Assembly: GCA_035473575.1 (NCBI GenBank)
Contig: DATIOA010000046.1
Span: forward strand, 1 to 59,468
Origin: Rudaea sp.
GTDB taxonomy: Bacteria > Pseudomonadota > Gammaproteobacteria > Xanthomonadales > Rhodanobacteraceae
Reading direction: 5' to 3'
Length of the DNA stretch: 59,468 bases
The translations under genes and the position numbers were made by a program. The notes below the pieces were generated by a model. The model ran no database searches and was not told where the DNA came from. It saw nothing but the letters and a program-made list of their open reading frames with translations. How positions within the stretch are numbered: the first letter of the stretch is position 1; every line of letters begins with the position of its first letter. This document shows positions 23,148 through 35,469 of this stretch, piece by piece.

Positions 23148-24575
23148 TCAGCCGCCGCCTTCGGCTTTCGCGAGTTGCGCCTTGAGTTGCAGCAAGGCGG
23201 CGTCTTTCGGATCCGCGCGCAAGCCCGACTCGACCAGGACGTCGGCGCCGGTATACAGCCCGTTTTTCAGTGCCGCTTGTGCGCCGTTCGCATAGAACGC
23301 GGCGATCTTCTGCAAGCCTTGCGTCGCGCGGGCGTTGCCGGGATCGCGCTTGAGCGCCTCCTGGAACAGATCGATGGCGTTGTCGCCCGGCGGGAAGCTC
23401 ATTTTCTCGCCGCCACTTTTCCGGCCATAGTCGAAGTAATCGTCGCCGCGGGAAAGCAGCGTCGGCAAATCCAGCCCAGCCAGGGCCGCGTCGGATGCGC
23501 CGCTTTCGACTGGCGGCGGAGGTGGAGGCGGCACCGCCGGTGCGGTTTCGATCGGCGTGCCGGTTGCGACTGTCGATGCAAGGGAACCTGCCGCCTTGCC
23601 GCGCCAGGCCATCCATGCCAACACCGCGACCAAAACCGCCGCCGCGACGCCAGCGCCGACGAAAATCCATTTCCTCGCACTCGCCGGCGTTGCGGATGAG
23701 GGGGCAGCGTTGGCCGCGGACACCGCCCGGCGGCGTGCGCTGCGCGACTCGCGCAAAACCGCATCCATTTGCGGATTGGCCGCGAGCAGGCGATCGAGCT
23801 CGGCAACGAAGGCATCGCCGGTGGCAAAACGATCGGCCGGCTGCTTGGCCATCGACTTGTCGATCAGCGGCTGCAACCACGCAAGTTTTTCCGGCAGCTT
23901 CGGCACCGGTTCGGTGACGTGCATCAGCGCGACCGCATAGGCATCGCCGGCCTCGTAGGGCTTGTGCCCGGCCACGCATTCGAACAACACCGCGCCCAGG
24001 CTGTACAGGTCCGAGCGCCCGTCCACCGGCGTCGCCTGCGCCTGTTCCGGACTCATGTAGTCGGGCGTGCCGATGGCATTGCCGGCCATGGTTGCCGCGC
24101 TGACGGACTTGATCGCCTTGGCGATGCCGAAGTCCGCCAACACCGCCGATCCGTTGCTGCGGAACATGATGTTGCCGGGCTTCACGTCGCGGTGCACGAA
24201 ACCCATCTCGTGGGCGTACGAAAGCCCGGAGGCGACATCGCGAACGATTTCCAGCACGTCGGCGATACTCAGGCGCTGCATGCGGTCGCGCAGGGTCCCG
24301 GCCGGCAGATATTCGCTGGCGAGGTAAAAGACATCGTTGTCCGAACCGATGTCGTGCACCGTCATCAGGTGCGGATGGGTAAGCTTGGCCGCGATGCGGC
24401 CTTCCTTCATGAACTGTTCGCGGAACGTCTCGTTCGCCGCCAGCGCCGGCGACATGATCTTCAGCGCCACTTCGCGGTCGAGGGACTCCTGCACGGCCAG
24501 ATAGACCGTGGCCATGCCGCCTTCGCCTATTTTCTGAACCAGTTTGTAGCCGGGCACCTGTACGCTGTCGGTCAT
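23148..24575 (-). CDS. Hanks-type membrane Ser/Thr kinase with periplasmic TPR-like domain
   Basis: IGEGGMATVY, VALK, HRDVKPGN, DFG, GTPDYMSPE, DLYSLG; TM WIFVGAGVAAAVLVAVLAWMAW; helical C-terminus. Confidence 0.95.
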   Translation of the reverse strand: MTDSVQVPGYKLVQKIGEGGMATVYLAVQESLDREVALKIMSPALAANETFREQFMKEGRIAAKLTHPHLMTVHDIGSDNDVFYLASEYLPAGTLRDRMQRLSIADVLEIVRDVASGLSYAHEMGFVHRDVKPGNIMFRSNGSAVLADFGIAKAIKSVSAATMAGNAIGTPDYMSPEQAQATPVDGRSDLYSLGAVLFECVAGHKPYEAGDAYAVALMHVTEPVPKLPEKLAWLQPLIDKSMAKQPADRFATGDAFVAELDRLLAANPQMDAVLRESRSARRRAVSAANAAPSSATPASARKWIFVGAGVAAAVLVAVLAWMAWRGKAAGSLASTVATGTPIETAPAVPPPPPPPVESGASDAALAGLDLPTLLSRGDDYFDYGRKSGGEKMSFPPGDNAIDLFQEALKRDPGNARATQGLQKIAAFYANGAQAALKNGLYTGADVLVESGLRADPKDAALLQLKAQLAKAEGGG

Positions 24576-24584
24576 TGCTCAAAC

Positions 24585-25898
24585 TCACGGCGCCGCGGCG
24601 CGCAGTTCCTTCAAGGCGGCGACGAAAGGCGCCATCGAATACCGGTCTTCATCCTTTACCGTAGCGTACAGGCCGTCGAGCTTGGTGTGCAGTGCCGCAG
24701 CGTGCGCCTTGTCCAGCTTGCCGTCGTTCTCGAACGCGACCACCAGCGATTGCGCCGCCATCGACGCCTGTTCGGCCGCGGCGTAATCGCGGAATTCGCC
24801 CTGTTGGGCGTCGCCAAGCATCGCCGCGAAGATCGGATTCAGGCTGGCCGCGTCGTAGTTGTAGGCGGCGACTTTGGGCAACAGGCTTTCCAGCGTCGCA
24901 TTCAACGTGCGCGCCGCCGCAAAAGTCGCATCGCGGCTTTGCGTGGTCGACTGATGCAGCGCGCGGCTCTGCTCGAACACGCGCTGCGCCGCGGCCTTGT
25001 CGACCGGCGCCAGCGCATAGCGGAACGTCACCAGGTTGGCATCGTTCAGACGCACCACGCCTGGCCCCAGGCCCGTGCCCTGACGCGGACCCCAATTGTT
25101 GCCCTTCATCAGCTTGTGGCAAGCCTGGCAATTGAACAGCACCAGTTCCGGGAAAATTCCCTGCCAGCCGGTTTTCGGATCGAGCAGCAGACCGAGCAGG
25201 TTTTCCGCCGCCACGCCCTGGCCCACGGCCCAATCGCGCACGCCGTTCCACTCGCCCTTGCGCTTGATCCAGTTCGCCGTGATCTTGTAATGCGGATTGA
25301 GCCAGGTGAAGGTATCCAGTTCGAACGACAGGCGCGGATGGCCGGCGCCCATGATCCGGTGCGTGATCATGCGTTCCTTTTCGCCCATGTGGCAGGACAG
25401 GCACAGTTGTGCGCGCTTGATCGGATCGGCGGTCGGGTACATGCCCTTGGCCAGGGAGTCCGCATAGGTGACCTTGGGGTCGGCGTGCGCATTGAGCCAC
25501 TGCTCCGCGCCGCCATGGCAGGCCTCGCAACCGACGCCGTCGGAAATCTGGAAGCGCTCGCCGCGGACGCCCGTCGGCACGTTGTCGGCGTGGCAGTCCA
25601 GGCAGACTTTTGCCTTTGTCGCGTCGCCGAGGCCGAGCTTGCGCGCGATTTCCTGCGAGCGCGGCTGCTGCAGCACCTGATACGCCTTGGCGTGCGGATC
25701 GAATTCCTGCCAGATCGCGAATTCGTTCTGGGCGATGTCCGAATCGCGGAACGGTTGCGACGCGCCGTGGCAGACACTGCTGCTGCACGTGGCCACGCCC
25801 ATGTGCTTGTGCGCGGCGATCGCCTCGACCGCCGTTTCGGCATGCGCGCCAAACGCGCACAGCAGCATTCCCGCGAGCAGCGTCCTCATCGCATTCAT
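24585..25898 (-). CDS. Periplasmic multiheme c-type cytochrome (c554/c552-like N-terminal domain)
   Basis: Signal peptide (AHA); CSSSVCH, CLDCH, CEACH, CLSCH, CQACH. Confidence 0.88.
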   Translation of the reverse strand: MNAMRTLLAGMLLCAFGAHAETAVEAIAAHKHMGVATCSSSVCHGASQPFRDSDIAQNEFAIWQEFDPHAKAYQVLQQPRSQEIARKLGLGDATKAKVCLDCHADNVPTGVRGERFQISDGVGCEACHGGAEQWLNAHADPKVTYADSLAKGMYPTADPIKRAQLCLSCHMGEKERMITHRIMGAGHPRLSFELDTFTWLNPHYKITANWIKRKGEWNGVRDWAVGQGVAAENLLGLLLDPKTGWQGIFPELVLFNCQACHKLMKGNNWGPRQGTGLGPGVVRLNDANLVTFRYALAPVDKAAAQRVFEQSRALHQSTTQSRDATFAAARTLNATLESLLPKVAAYNYDAASLNPIFAAMLGDAQQGEFRDYAAAEQASMAAQSLVVAFENDGKLDKAHAAALHTKLDGLYATVKDEDRYSMAPFVAALKELRAAAP

Positions 25899-25951
25899 CG
25901 CCTTCCTCCCCAGGACGGGCCAAACCGTCGCCCGATCATACCGTCAGGCCC

Positions 25952-26647
25952 TCAGGCGCGCCACAGGCAGCGGCCGCGGCTGGCCTTGTCGATCGCTTGC
26001 AGGCGCGCCTCGTGCAGCGATGCCTCAGCGGCATCCGCGCGCCGCACGCGCAACGGCTGGCGCGCAACGGACTGCGCCGCGACCCGCGCCGGCGCGGTCG
26101 CCTGCTGGTTGGCGAGACCGAGGTCGCCCTGCCCGCCGGTCATCGCCAGGTACACGTCCGCGAGCAGTTGCGCGTCGAGCAAGGCGCCGTGCAATTCGCG
26201 ATGGCGATTGTCGATGTTCAGGCGCTTGCACAAGGCGTCGAGCGAGATGCGCTGGCCGGGATACTTCTCGCGCGCCAGTGCCAGCGTGTCGAGCACGCTG
26301 GCGTGATCGGCGATGCGGCCCAAACCAGGATCGGCCAACACGAGTTCTGCGTCGAGGAACCCGACGTCGAACGCGGCGTTGTGGATGACCAGTTCGGCGC
26401 CGGCGATGAATTCCAGGAATTCGGCGGCGACCTCGGCGAAGCGAGGTTTGTCGGCGAGAAACTCGTCGCTGATGCCGTGCACGGAGCGCGCACCTTCGTC
26501 GACGGGGCGCTGCGGATTCAGGTAACGGTGGAAGCGCTTGCCGCTCGGTCGGCGCTCGCTCAACTCAATGCAGCCGATCTCGATGATGCGATGGCCCTTG
26601 CCGACCTCCAGACCCGTGGTTTCCGTGTCCAGCACGATCTGCCGCAT
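25952..26647 (-). CDS. dnaQ: DNA polymerase III epsilon subunit
   Basis: RQIVLDTETTG, HNAAFD, HGALLDA. Confidence 0.97.
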   Translation of the reverse strand: MRQIVLDTETTGLEVGKGHRIIEIGCIELSERRPSGKRFHRYLNPQRPVDEGARSVHGISDEFLADKPRFAEVAAEFLEFIAGAELVIHNAAFDVGFLDAELVLADPGLGRIADHASVLDTLALAREKYPGQRISLDALCKRLNIDNRHRELHGALLDAQLLADVYLAMTGGQGDLGLANQQATAPARVAAQSVARQPLRVRRADAAEASLHEARLQAIDKASRGRCLWRA

Positions 26648-27093
26648 CACTCCTCCTTCACTGCTTGCGCTGCCGCGCGCGCCAATTCGTCGACGCGTTC
26701 GTTTTCCGGATGCCCTGAATGCCCACGCGTCCATTGCCACTGTACGCGATGCGGCTGCATGGCGGTTGCCAGCCGCTGCCACAAATCCTGGTTCTTCACC
26801 GGCTTGCGGTCCGATGTGCGCCAGCCATTGGCCTGCCAGCGCGGCAGCCATTGTTCGATGCCCTGCAGGACGTATTGCGAATCCGTGGTCAGGCGCACGG
26901 CGCTGCCGCGGCGCAGCGTTTCCAGCGCACGGATCGCCGCCATCAGCTCCATGCGATTGTTCGTGGTGTCGCGTTCGCCGCCGGAAATTTCCTTCTCCAG
27001 GGTCCGGTAACGCAATAACGCGGCCCAGCCGCCTGGTCCGGGATTGCCGAGGCAGGCGCCGTCCGTGAAGATGTCCACATGCGCCGCCGTCAC
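26647..27093 (-). CDS. rnhA: Ribonuclease HI
   Basis: [38 protein letters not shown]; GTG start. Confidence 0.97.
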   Translation of the reverse strand: MTAAHVDIFTDGACLGNPGPGGWAALLRYRTLEKEISGGERDTTNNRMELMAAIRALETLRRGSAVRLTTDSQYVLQGIEQWLPRWQANGWRTSDRKPVKNQDLWQRLATAMQPHRVQWQWTRGHSGHPENERVDELARAAAQAVKEE

Positions 27094-27782
27094 ACGCGGT
27101 TCCTGTGCGCACCCGGCGCCAATTGCGGCGCACGTGCGGCCTCGCGCGCCGTTTTGCGCAGACGAATCGGCGTCAGGGTGCTGCGACGCTTGCGCGCGAT
27201 CAGCAGCCATGAACTGCCGAATCTCGCCAGCAACGAGTGCGGTGGCCTTTCCGGCCCGGTCGAGGTCTTGACCCGCGGCCAGAGTTCACCGGGAAAGCGC
27301 ACCTGCAGGGTATCGATCTGTTCGCGTTCCAGTTGCGCCTTGCAAACCCGGGCCGAGCGCAGGCGCAGGCCCCGCGCACGCCGCATCAGCCATGGCCGCC
27401 AGGTACCGAGCGGGTTGAAGCCGAGCATCAGCGCGATGCCTTCCGGCGCGAGCACACGCGCGAGTTCCGCGACGCAGGCCTCGACGTCGACAATGCGCTC
27501 CAATGCGTGCTGCACGATCAGCACCTTGAAGCTTTCGCTCGCGAACGGCAATTGCCACAGCGCGCAGTGCACGGCACCGGCAAGCAACCCGTCATCGTCG
27601 ACGTCGAGTTCCACGATCTTGCCGAGCAGATGCGCCGGCAATGTCGCGCCGCCCTGCCGCGGGCGCAGGAACAAGCCGTAGTTGCCATACGCAGCGGACA
27701 GGACAGGAGCCAGAGCAGCCATCTCGCGCGCAAGCAAGGCTTGCATCGGCGCGCTCGCATAGGGATTCGTGGCTTCGATCAT
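27090..27782 (-). CDS. YafS-like SAM-dependent methyltransferase
   Basis: [22 protein letters not shown]; conserved position upstream of rnhA; start uncertain. Confidence 0.8.
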   Translation of the reverse strand: MIEATNPYASAPMQALLAREMAALAPVLSAAYGNYGLFLRPRQGGATLPAHLLGKIVELDVDDDGLLAGAVHCALWQLPFASESFKVLIVQHALERIVDVEACVAELARVLAPEGIALMLGFNPLGTWRPWLMRRARGLRLRSARVCKAQLEREQIDTLQVRFPGELWPRVKTSTGPERPPHSLLARFGSSWLLIARKRRSTLTPIRLRKTAREAARAPQLAPGAHRNRV

Positions 27783-27938
27783 CGACACAGACTGCGGCCA
27801 GCGGGCAAACCGCGATTGTGCGCGAAATCGCGGCAACGGGTAAACCCGCATGTTGCGCCGCACGACACGAGATAACCGGACGTTACGCGTTCGCTGCTAT
27901 AGTGCCCGCCCGTTTTTGCCCGGGGAGGGGCGCTACGG

Positions 27939-29396
27939 ATGAAGCGGTTTGGCAAGTCGGACTGCTGCCGCGCACGCCACGATTTTCGGCCGAGGCGCGA
28001 CTGGCGGATGGCGGTATTCGGCAGCGGTTGCACGGCACTGGGTGCGGCGTGCCTGCTGCTTGCCGCGTGCAGCACGGCCCCGCGCAAACCGCCGGTCGCC
28101 ACGCCGGAACCCGAACCTGCGGCCGAACCCGCCTACGTCGAAGCCCAGACGCCGGCCCCCGCCGCTGCCGTGCCTGCCGTGGAGCTTTCGCCGTGGACGA
28201 AACTGGGCAGCCGATTCGCGCTGCCCGATTGCGACTACAGTCCGGACGTCTTGCGTCTCGCCCAATGGTTCAGCGCCGACCCGACCGGCTTTGCCGAGTC
28301 CTTGCGCCAGGCGCTGCCGTTCCTGCTGTACGTCGCGCAGCAGGCCGAGCAACGCGGCATGCCGGGCGAATTCGCCTTGCTGCCCTACATCGAGAGCAAC
28401 TACGTGCCGCTCGCTTCCAGCGGCGACCGCGCCGCCGGCATCTGGCAATTGCTCCCGGACACCGCGCGCGAGGCCGGCGTACGCATCCATCCAGATTACG
28501 ATGGGCGCCTGGATGTCGTCGCGTCCACCGATGCCGCGCTCGATTTGCTCGAACGCTACGCCGATCGTTTCGGCGACTGGCGCGTCGCGGACATGGCTTT
28601 CAATGCCGGCCCGTATCGCATCGGCAAATTGCTGGGTGATTCCGAAGTACCCGCCGATGCGACAGGCCTCGGGCGCCTGCGCGTTCCGGCGCACACGCAT
28701 CGGCACCTGGCCAAACTGCTGGCCGTGGCCTGCATCGTGTCGGACCCGGCGCGCTTCAACGTGCAGCTTCCCGAGCCGGCCGCGACCGATTGGCTGACTG
28801 CCATTGCCCTGCCGGCCGCGCTGGACCTGCAACTCGCTGCGCGCATGGCTGGCATGGACGCCGCGCGGCTGCGCCAGCTCAATCCGGGTTATGTGCGCGG
28901 ACGCATGCCGTCGACGGGTCCGTTCCGGCTGCTCCTGCCCGAGGCGCAGGGCCGGACGTTGGCGGCGGCCCTCGACAAAGTGCCGCAGCCGCTGTGGCGC
29001 GAATGGCACGAGATCGCCCTGCAACAATCCGAAGCATTGGACGTTTTGGCGCAAGCCCACGATATCGACGCTCAAGCATTCGCCACGGCGAACGCGCTGG
29101 CTGCGGATGCGGTGCTCGCGCCGGGAACGCATGTCCTCGTGCCCGGACGCGGTACCGGCGCGGCGTCCCTTGCCACGCTGGCGCACGGCGTGGAAAACGC
29201 GGGAACGCATGTCGTGCGGGCGGGCGACACATTGTGGGAAATTGCCCGCTCCGCGCGTGTTGCGCTGTCCGACCTGCTGCACTGGAATGGACTGTCGCGG
29301 CACTCCACGTTGCGCCTCGGCCAGCGCCTGCGCCTGCAGGCACCGGATCAGGGCGGCGCGGCGGCGCTCACGACGGCCGTGGCCAGCCCCGACTGA
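27939..29396 (+). CDS. mltD: Membrane-bound lytic transglycosylase MltD-like (SLT + LysM)
   Basis: Lipobox LLAAC, LPYIES, AAGIWQ, AFNAG, LysM VRAGDTLWEIA; start may be 28008. Confidence 0.85.
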   Translation: MKRFGKSDCCRARHDFRPRRDWRMAVFGSGCTALGAACLLLAACSTAPRKPPVATPEPEPAAEPAYVEAQTPAPAAAVPAVELSPWTKLGSRFALPDCDYSPDVLRLAQWFSADPTGFAESLRQALPFLLYVAQQAEQRGMPGEFALLPYIESNYVPLASSGDRAAGIWQLLPDTAREAGVRIHPDYDGRLDVVASTDAALDLLERYADRFGDWRVADMAFNAGPYRIGKLLGDSEVPADATGLGRLRVPAHTHRHLAKLLAVACIVSDPARFNVQLPEPAATDWLTAIALPAALDLQLAARMAGMDAARLRQLNPGYVRGRMPSTGPFRLLLPEAQGRTLAAALDKVPQPLWREWHEIALQQSEALDVLAQAHDIDAQAFATANALAADAVLAPGTHVLVPGRGTGAASLATLAHGVENAGTHVVRAGDTLWEIARSARVALSDLLHWNGLSRHSTLRLGQRLRLQAPDQGGAAALTTAVASPD

Positions 29397-29452
29397 CGCG
29401 GTTCCGTGCGGTCGGCTAGAATCCGCGTTTCGGCCATTCGACGGGATTCATC

Positions 29453-30235
29453 ATGGGATTTCTGCAGGGCAAGCGCGCACTCATCACCGGCATCATCAGC
29501 CATCGTTCCATTGCCTGGGGCATCGCCGAGGCCATGCACCGCGAAGGTGCGCAGCTCGCCTTCACCTACGTCAACGACAAGCTCAAGCCGCGCGTCGACG
29601 AGGCCGCCAAGACGTTCGGCTCGGACATCGTGCTGGCGTGCGATGTTTCCAGCGACGCACAGATCGAGCAGCTGTTCACCGATCTCGGCAAGCGTTGGGA
29701 CGGTTTCGACATCCTGGTCCATTCGATTGGATTCGCACCTGGCGAAGCGCTGGCGGGCGAATTCCTCGACGGCCTGACGCGCGAAAATTTCAGGATCGCG
29801 CACGATATTTCCGCCTACAGCCTGCCGGCGCTGACCAAGGCCGCGCGGCCGCAGATGAAAGGGCGCAACGGCGCCGTTCTCACGCTCACGTATCTTGGCG
29901 CCGAGCGCGCACTGGCGAATTACAACGTGATGGGCCTGGCCAAGGCCAGTCTTGAAGCCGGCGTGCGTTATCTCGCCTACAACCTCGGCCCGGAAGGCAC
30001 GCGCGTGAACGCGATTTCGGCCGGACCGATCAAGACCCTGGCCGCCGCCGGCGTCGCGAACTTTCGCAAGATGCTGGAACACGCGGAGCAAAACGCGCCG
30101 CTGCGTCGCAGCGTGAGCATCGAGGAGGTCGGCAATGCGGCCGCGTTCCTGTGTTCAGACCTGGCTTCGGGAATCACCGGCGAGGTGACCTACGTGGATG
30201 CGGGCTACAACATCCTGGGCATGACAGGACTTTGA
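29453..30235 (+). CDS. fabI: Enoyl-ACP reductase
   Basis: [34 protein letters not shown]. Confidence 0.97.
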   Translation: MGFLQGKRALITGIISHRSIAWGIAEAMHREGAQLAFTYVNDKLKPRVDEAAKTFGSDIVLACDVSSDAQIEQLFTDLGKRWDGFDILVHSIGFAPGEALAGEFLDGLTRENFRIAHDISAYSLPALTKAARPQMKGRNGAVLTLTYLGAERALANYNVMGLAKASLEAGVRYLAYNLGPEGTRVNAISAGPIKTLAAAGVANFRKMLEHAEQNAPLRRSVSIEEVGNAAAFLCSDLASGITGEVTYVDAGYNILGMTGL

Positions 30236-30251
30236 CCTCGCGACCGGCTGC

Positions 30252-32159
30252 TTACAGCCGGTTTTCAGCGATCTCCACCTTCGCCGCCTTGCGCAGGCTG
30301 TCGACGAAGCCGCGCACGGCTTCGTAACCCAAGCCCTGGCGCAACTGGTTCAACGCCGCCTCGCGCGTACGCGGGTCGAGCTTGGACGGATCGCCATCCT
30401 TGACCGCATCGAGTTGGAACAGCGCATACACGTCGCCGTTCAGCGCGACCATGCCCGGTTCGGGTTTGCCCGCCGCGGGCAGCGGCAGCGCGAACACTGC
30501 GTCGATCAGTGGCTTTTCCAGATTCGCCGCGTTGCGGCCGATGCCTTTTTCCTCGACTGGCGCGAGCTTGATCTCCGCGGCAACCTTGTCCAGCACCTCG
30601 CCTTTTTGCAGGCGTGCAAGCAGGGTGTCCGCGCGCTCCTTCGCGGCCTTGGCGACTTGCTGCGCGTTCAACATGGCGCGAATCTGCTCGCGCACTGCGT
30701 CCAGCGGCCTGGGCTCGGGCTTGACGTGCCGGTCCACGCGCACGATCACGATGTGATCGGTACCGAGTTCGATCGGATCGGAGCTGTTGCCTTCGGCCAG
30801 CACGTTGTTGGAGAACGCGGCCTTGACCACGGCCGGATTCGCGGCGATGCCGGTGCCGCCATTGCGCGAGAACAGCGCGGTCTTTTGCACGCTCAGTCCC
30901 AGCGTCTTCGCCGCCGGCGCGAGCGATGTCGGATCCTGGTAGATCGCATCGGTCAGCTTGCCGGAAATGTCGCTGTATTGGTGTTCGCGCTGCTCGTCGA
31001 CATATTTTTTCGCGAGCTCGGCCTTGACCTCGTCGAAGCTGCGCACGGCCTGCGCATGCACGTCGCGCAGCCAGATGATGTGATATCCGTCCTCGGACTT
31101 GACCGGATCGGACACGTCGCCCTTCTGCATCGCGAACAGCGCTGCCTCGAACGCCGGATCGGTCACGCCTTTTTCCAGCCAACCCAGGTCCCCGCCCTGC
31201 GCCTTGGAACCCAGGTCGTCCGAATCGGCCTTGGCGAGCGCGGCGAAATCCTTGCCGGCCTTGAGTTCCTTCTCGATCGCCTCGGCCTTGGCCAGCGCGG
31301 CTTTCTGCGCGGCCGCATCGGCGTTCTTGCCGACGGCGATGAGGATATGCGAAGCCTCGCGCTGCTCGGCGGTTACGAATTTCGACTTCTGCGCGTCGTA
31401 CATCTGCTTGAGCGCGGCATCGTCGGGCTTGACGTCGCCCTGCATCTTCGCAGCATCGAGCTCGACGTAATCCAGCGATACTTCTTCCGGCGTCATGAAA
31501 TCGGTGCCGTGCGCCTTGTAGTAGGCGGCGATGTCGGCTTCTGCAATCGACGTGCCGGCATCGGGCTTGGGCAGCTTGACGAACCAGAAATCGCGGGTCT
31601 GGTCGCGCAGGCGCAGGTACTCGTTGACGTCGGCATCGGTCACCAGGCTCGACAGCGCGACCTGGCCGGTAAGCTGGCGCAGGGCAATGTCCTGGCTCAC
31701 GCTCTGCTCGAATTCCTCCGACGACTTGCGTTGCGCGGCGAGCAACATGCGGTATTGGTCGGCGCTGAACTTGCCGTCGACCTGGAACGCGGGAATGCCC
31801 ATGATCTCATCGCGCACCACGCTCACCGGCACCACGGCGCCGAGCTGGTCGTTGGCCTGCAGCAACAATTGCTCGCTGATCAACTGGTCGAGCAGTTCGC
31901 GCTTGCGTTCGGGCGTATCGAAGGCCTGCGCGTCGAACTGGGCGCCCATCATGCGCTGCATCTGCGCACGGTAGTTGTTGAAGCGTTCGCGGAATTCGTC
32001 CTGGGAAATCTCGTGGCCATTGACCGTGGCGACGTAGGTTTCGCTGCGCGGATTGAAATACTGCTGAATGCCGAAGAATCCGCCGAAGATGACGCCGATG
32101 ATGCCGAGGACGACCTTGACGAACGGGCCGGAAAATTTTTCGCTAAGCGTACGAGCCAT
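30252..32159 (-). CDS. ppiD: Periplasmic folding chaperone PpiD
   Basis: N-terminal TM, SurA-like domain, parvulin ASHILI..GGDLGW; downstream of lon-hupB-tRNAs. Confidence 0.92.
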   Translation of the reverse strand: MARTLSEKFSGPFVKVVLGIIGVIFGGFFGIQQYFNPRSETYVATVNGHEISQDEFRERFNNYRAQMQRMMGAQFDAQAFDTPERKRELLDQLISEQLLLQANDQLGAVVPVSVVRDEIMGIPAFQVDGKFSADQYRMLLAAQRKSSEEFEQSVSQDIALRQLTGQVALSSLVTDADVNEYLRLRDQTRDFWFVKLPKPDAGTSIAEADIAAYYKAHGTDFMTPEEVSLDYVELDAAKMQGDVKPDDAALKQMYDAQKSKFVTAEQREASHILIAVGKNADAAAQKAALAKAEAIEKELKAGKDFAALAKADSDDLGSKAQGGDLGWLEKGVTDPAFEAALFAMQKGDVSDPVKSEDGYHIIWLRDVHAQAVRSFDEVKAELAKKYVDEQREHQYSDISGKLTDAIYQDPTSLAPAAKTLGLSVQKTALFSRNGGTGIAANPAVVKAAFSNNVLAEGNSSDPIELGTDHIVIVRVDRHVKPEPRPLDAVREQIRAMLNAQQVAKAAKERADTLLARLQKGEVLDKVAAEIKLAPVEEKGIGRNAANLEKPLIDAVFALPLPAAGKPEPGMVALNGDVYALFQLDAVKDGDPSKLDPRTREAALNQLRQGLGYEAVRGFVDSLRKAAKVEIAENRL

Positions 32160-32181
32160 GTGCGACACCTGAGGACAAAAT

Positions 32182-32205
32182 AAAGGGCGCCCTTCGGCGC
32201 CCTTT
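32182..32205 (-). terminator. Terminator after tRNA-Asp
   Basis: AAAGGGCGCC-CTTC-GGCGCCCTTT. Confidence 0.75.
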
Positions 32206-32214
32206 GTGAAAACG

Positions 32215-32291
32215 TGGCGGAGTGGACGGGACTCGAACCCGCGACCCCCGGCGTGACAGGCCGGTATTCTAACCAGCTGAACTACCACTCC
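32215..32291 (-). tRNA. tRNA-Asp(GTC)
   Basis: GGAGTGGTAGTTCAG..CCTGTCACG..GGTTCGAGTCC..CCA. Confidence 0.97.
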
Positions 32292-32357
32292 GCGTTGTTT
32301 CCGGAATCCGGCGGTTTGCGCTGCCGGACCCTTGCGGAATGCTCCGCATCGAGGCAC

Positions 32358-32432
32358 TGGTGGGTGCTGAGGGGATCGAACCCCCGACCCTCGCCTTGTA
32401 AGGGCGACGCTCTACCGCTGAGCTAAGCACCC
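32358..32432 (-). tRNA. tRNA-Val(TAC)
   Basis: GGGTGCTTAGCTCAG..CTTACAA..GGTTCGATCC..CCA. Confidence 0.97.
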
Positions 32433-32459
32433 CTACAAATACCTTTTGGGCTAAGCCGC

Positions 32460-32732
32460 TTAGTTTATGGCATCCTTGAGCGCTTTGCCAGCCTTGAACG
32501 ACGGATTCTTCGAGGCCTTGATCTTGATCTGCTGGCCGGTGCGCGGATTACGACCGGTGCGCGCGGCGCGTTTGCGCACGATGAAGGTGCCAAAGCCCAC
32601 CAGGGAAATGGTGTCGCCCTTCTTCAGCGCTTTCTTGACGGTTTCGATGACGGCTTCCACCGCCTTGCCGCCTTCGACCTTGGTCAGGCCGGCGTGATCG
32701 GACACAGCACTAATAAATTCAGCCTTATTCAT
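32460..32732 (-). CDS. hupB: HU nucleoid protein
   Basis: MNKAEFI, GFGTF, RTGRNPRTG, FKAGKALK; after lon. Confidence 0.95.
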   Translation of the reverse strand: MNKAEFISAVSDHAGLTKVEGGKAVEAVIETVKKALKKGDTISLVGFGTFIVRKRAARTGRNPRTGQQIKIKASKNPSFKAGKALKDAIN

Positions 32733-32871
32733 TTATCTCTCCCGAGCGGATTCTGTTGGCCGCAACGTGTGATGTCTGCGCGATACAACGTTGATCCGCT
32801 ACCGGATGCAATCGCCACATCGCTTCCCCGCGACCGCCCGGACTTGTGGTCTCCCGGATCGCGGCGCTGAC

Positions 32872-32900
32872 TTTATACCAGCGCCCGCGAATGCGCGCAA
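32872..32900 (-). promoter_or_regulatory. Sigma70-type promoter for hupB
   Basis: TTGCGC-N17-TATAAA with extended TG. Confidence 0.55.
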
Positions 32901-33012
32901 CACAAGCGCCCATGCGGATTTGCGCGAGTCCGCAAAATGCAAAAAAGACGCGTAAATGGAAAAATTCCGCTTGACACGCGGGTAAGAAAATTGCATGTGC
33001 GGCAACACGCGC

Positions 33013-35469
<2,457 letters not shown>

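Noticed and set aside
32214-32426. 70-aa ORF and 5' extension of ppiD to 32357
   Set aside because: Overlap tRNA genes
32215-32432. tRNAs as integration sites of an island
   Set aside because: No integrase and no duplicated tRNA 3' end seen in the window
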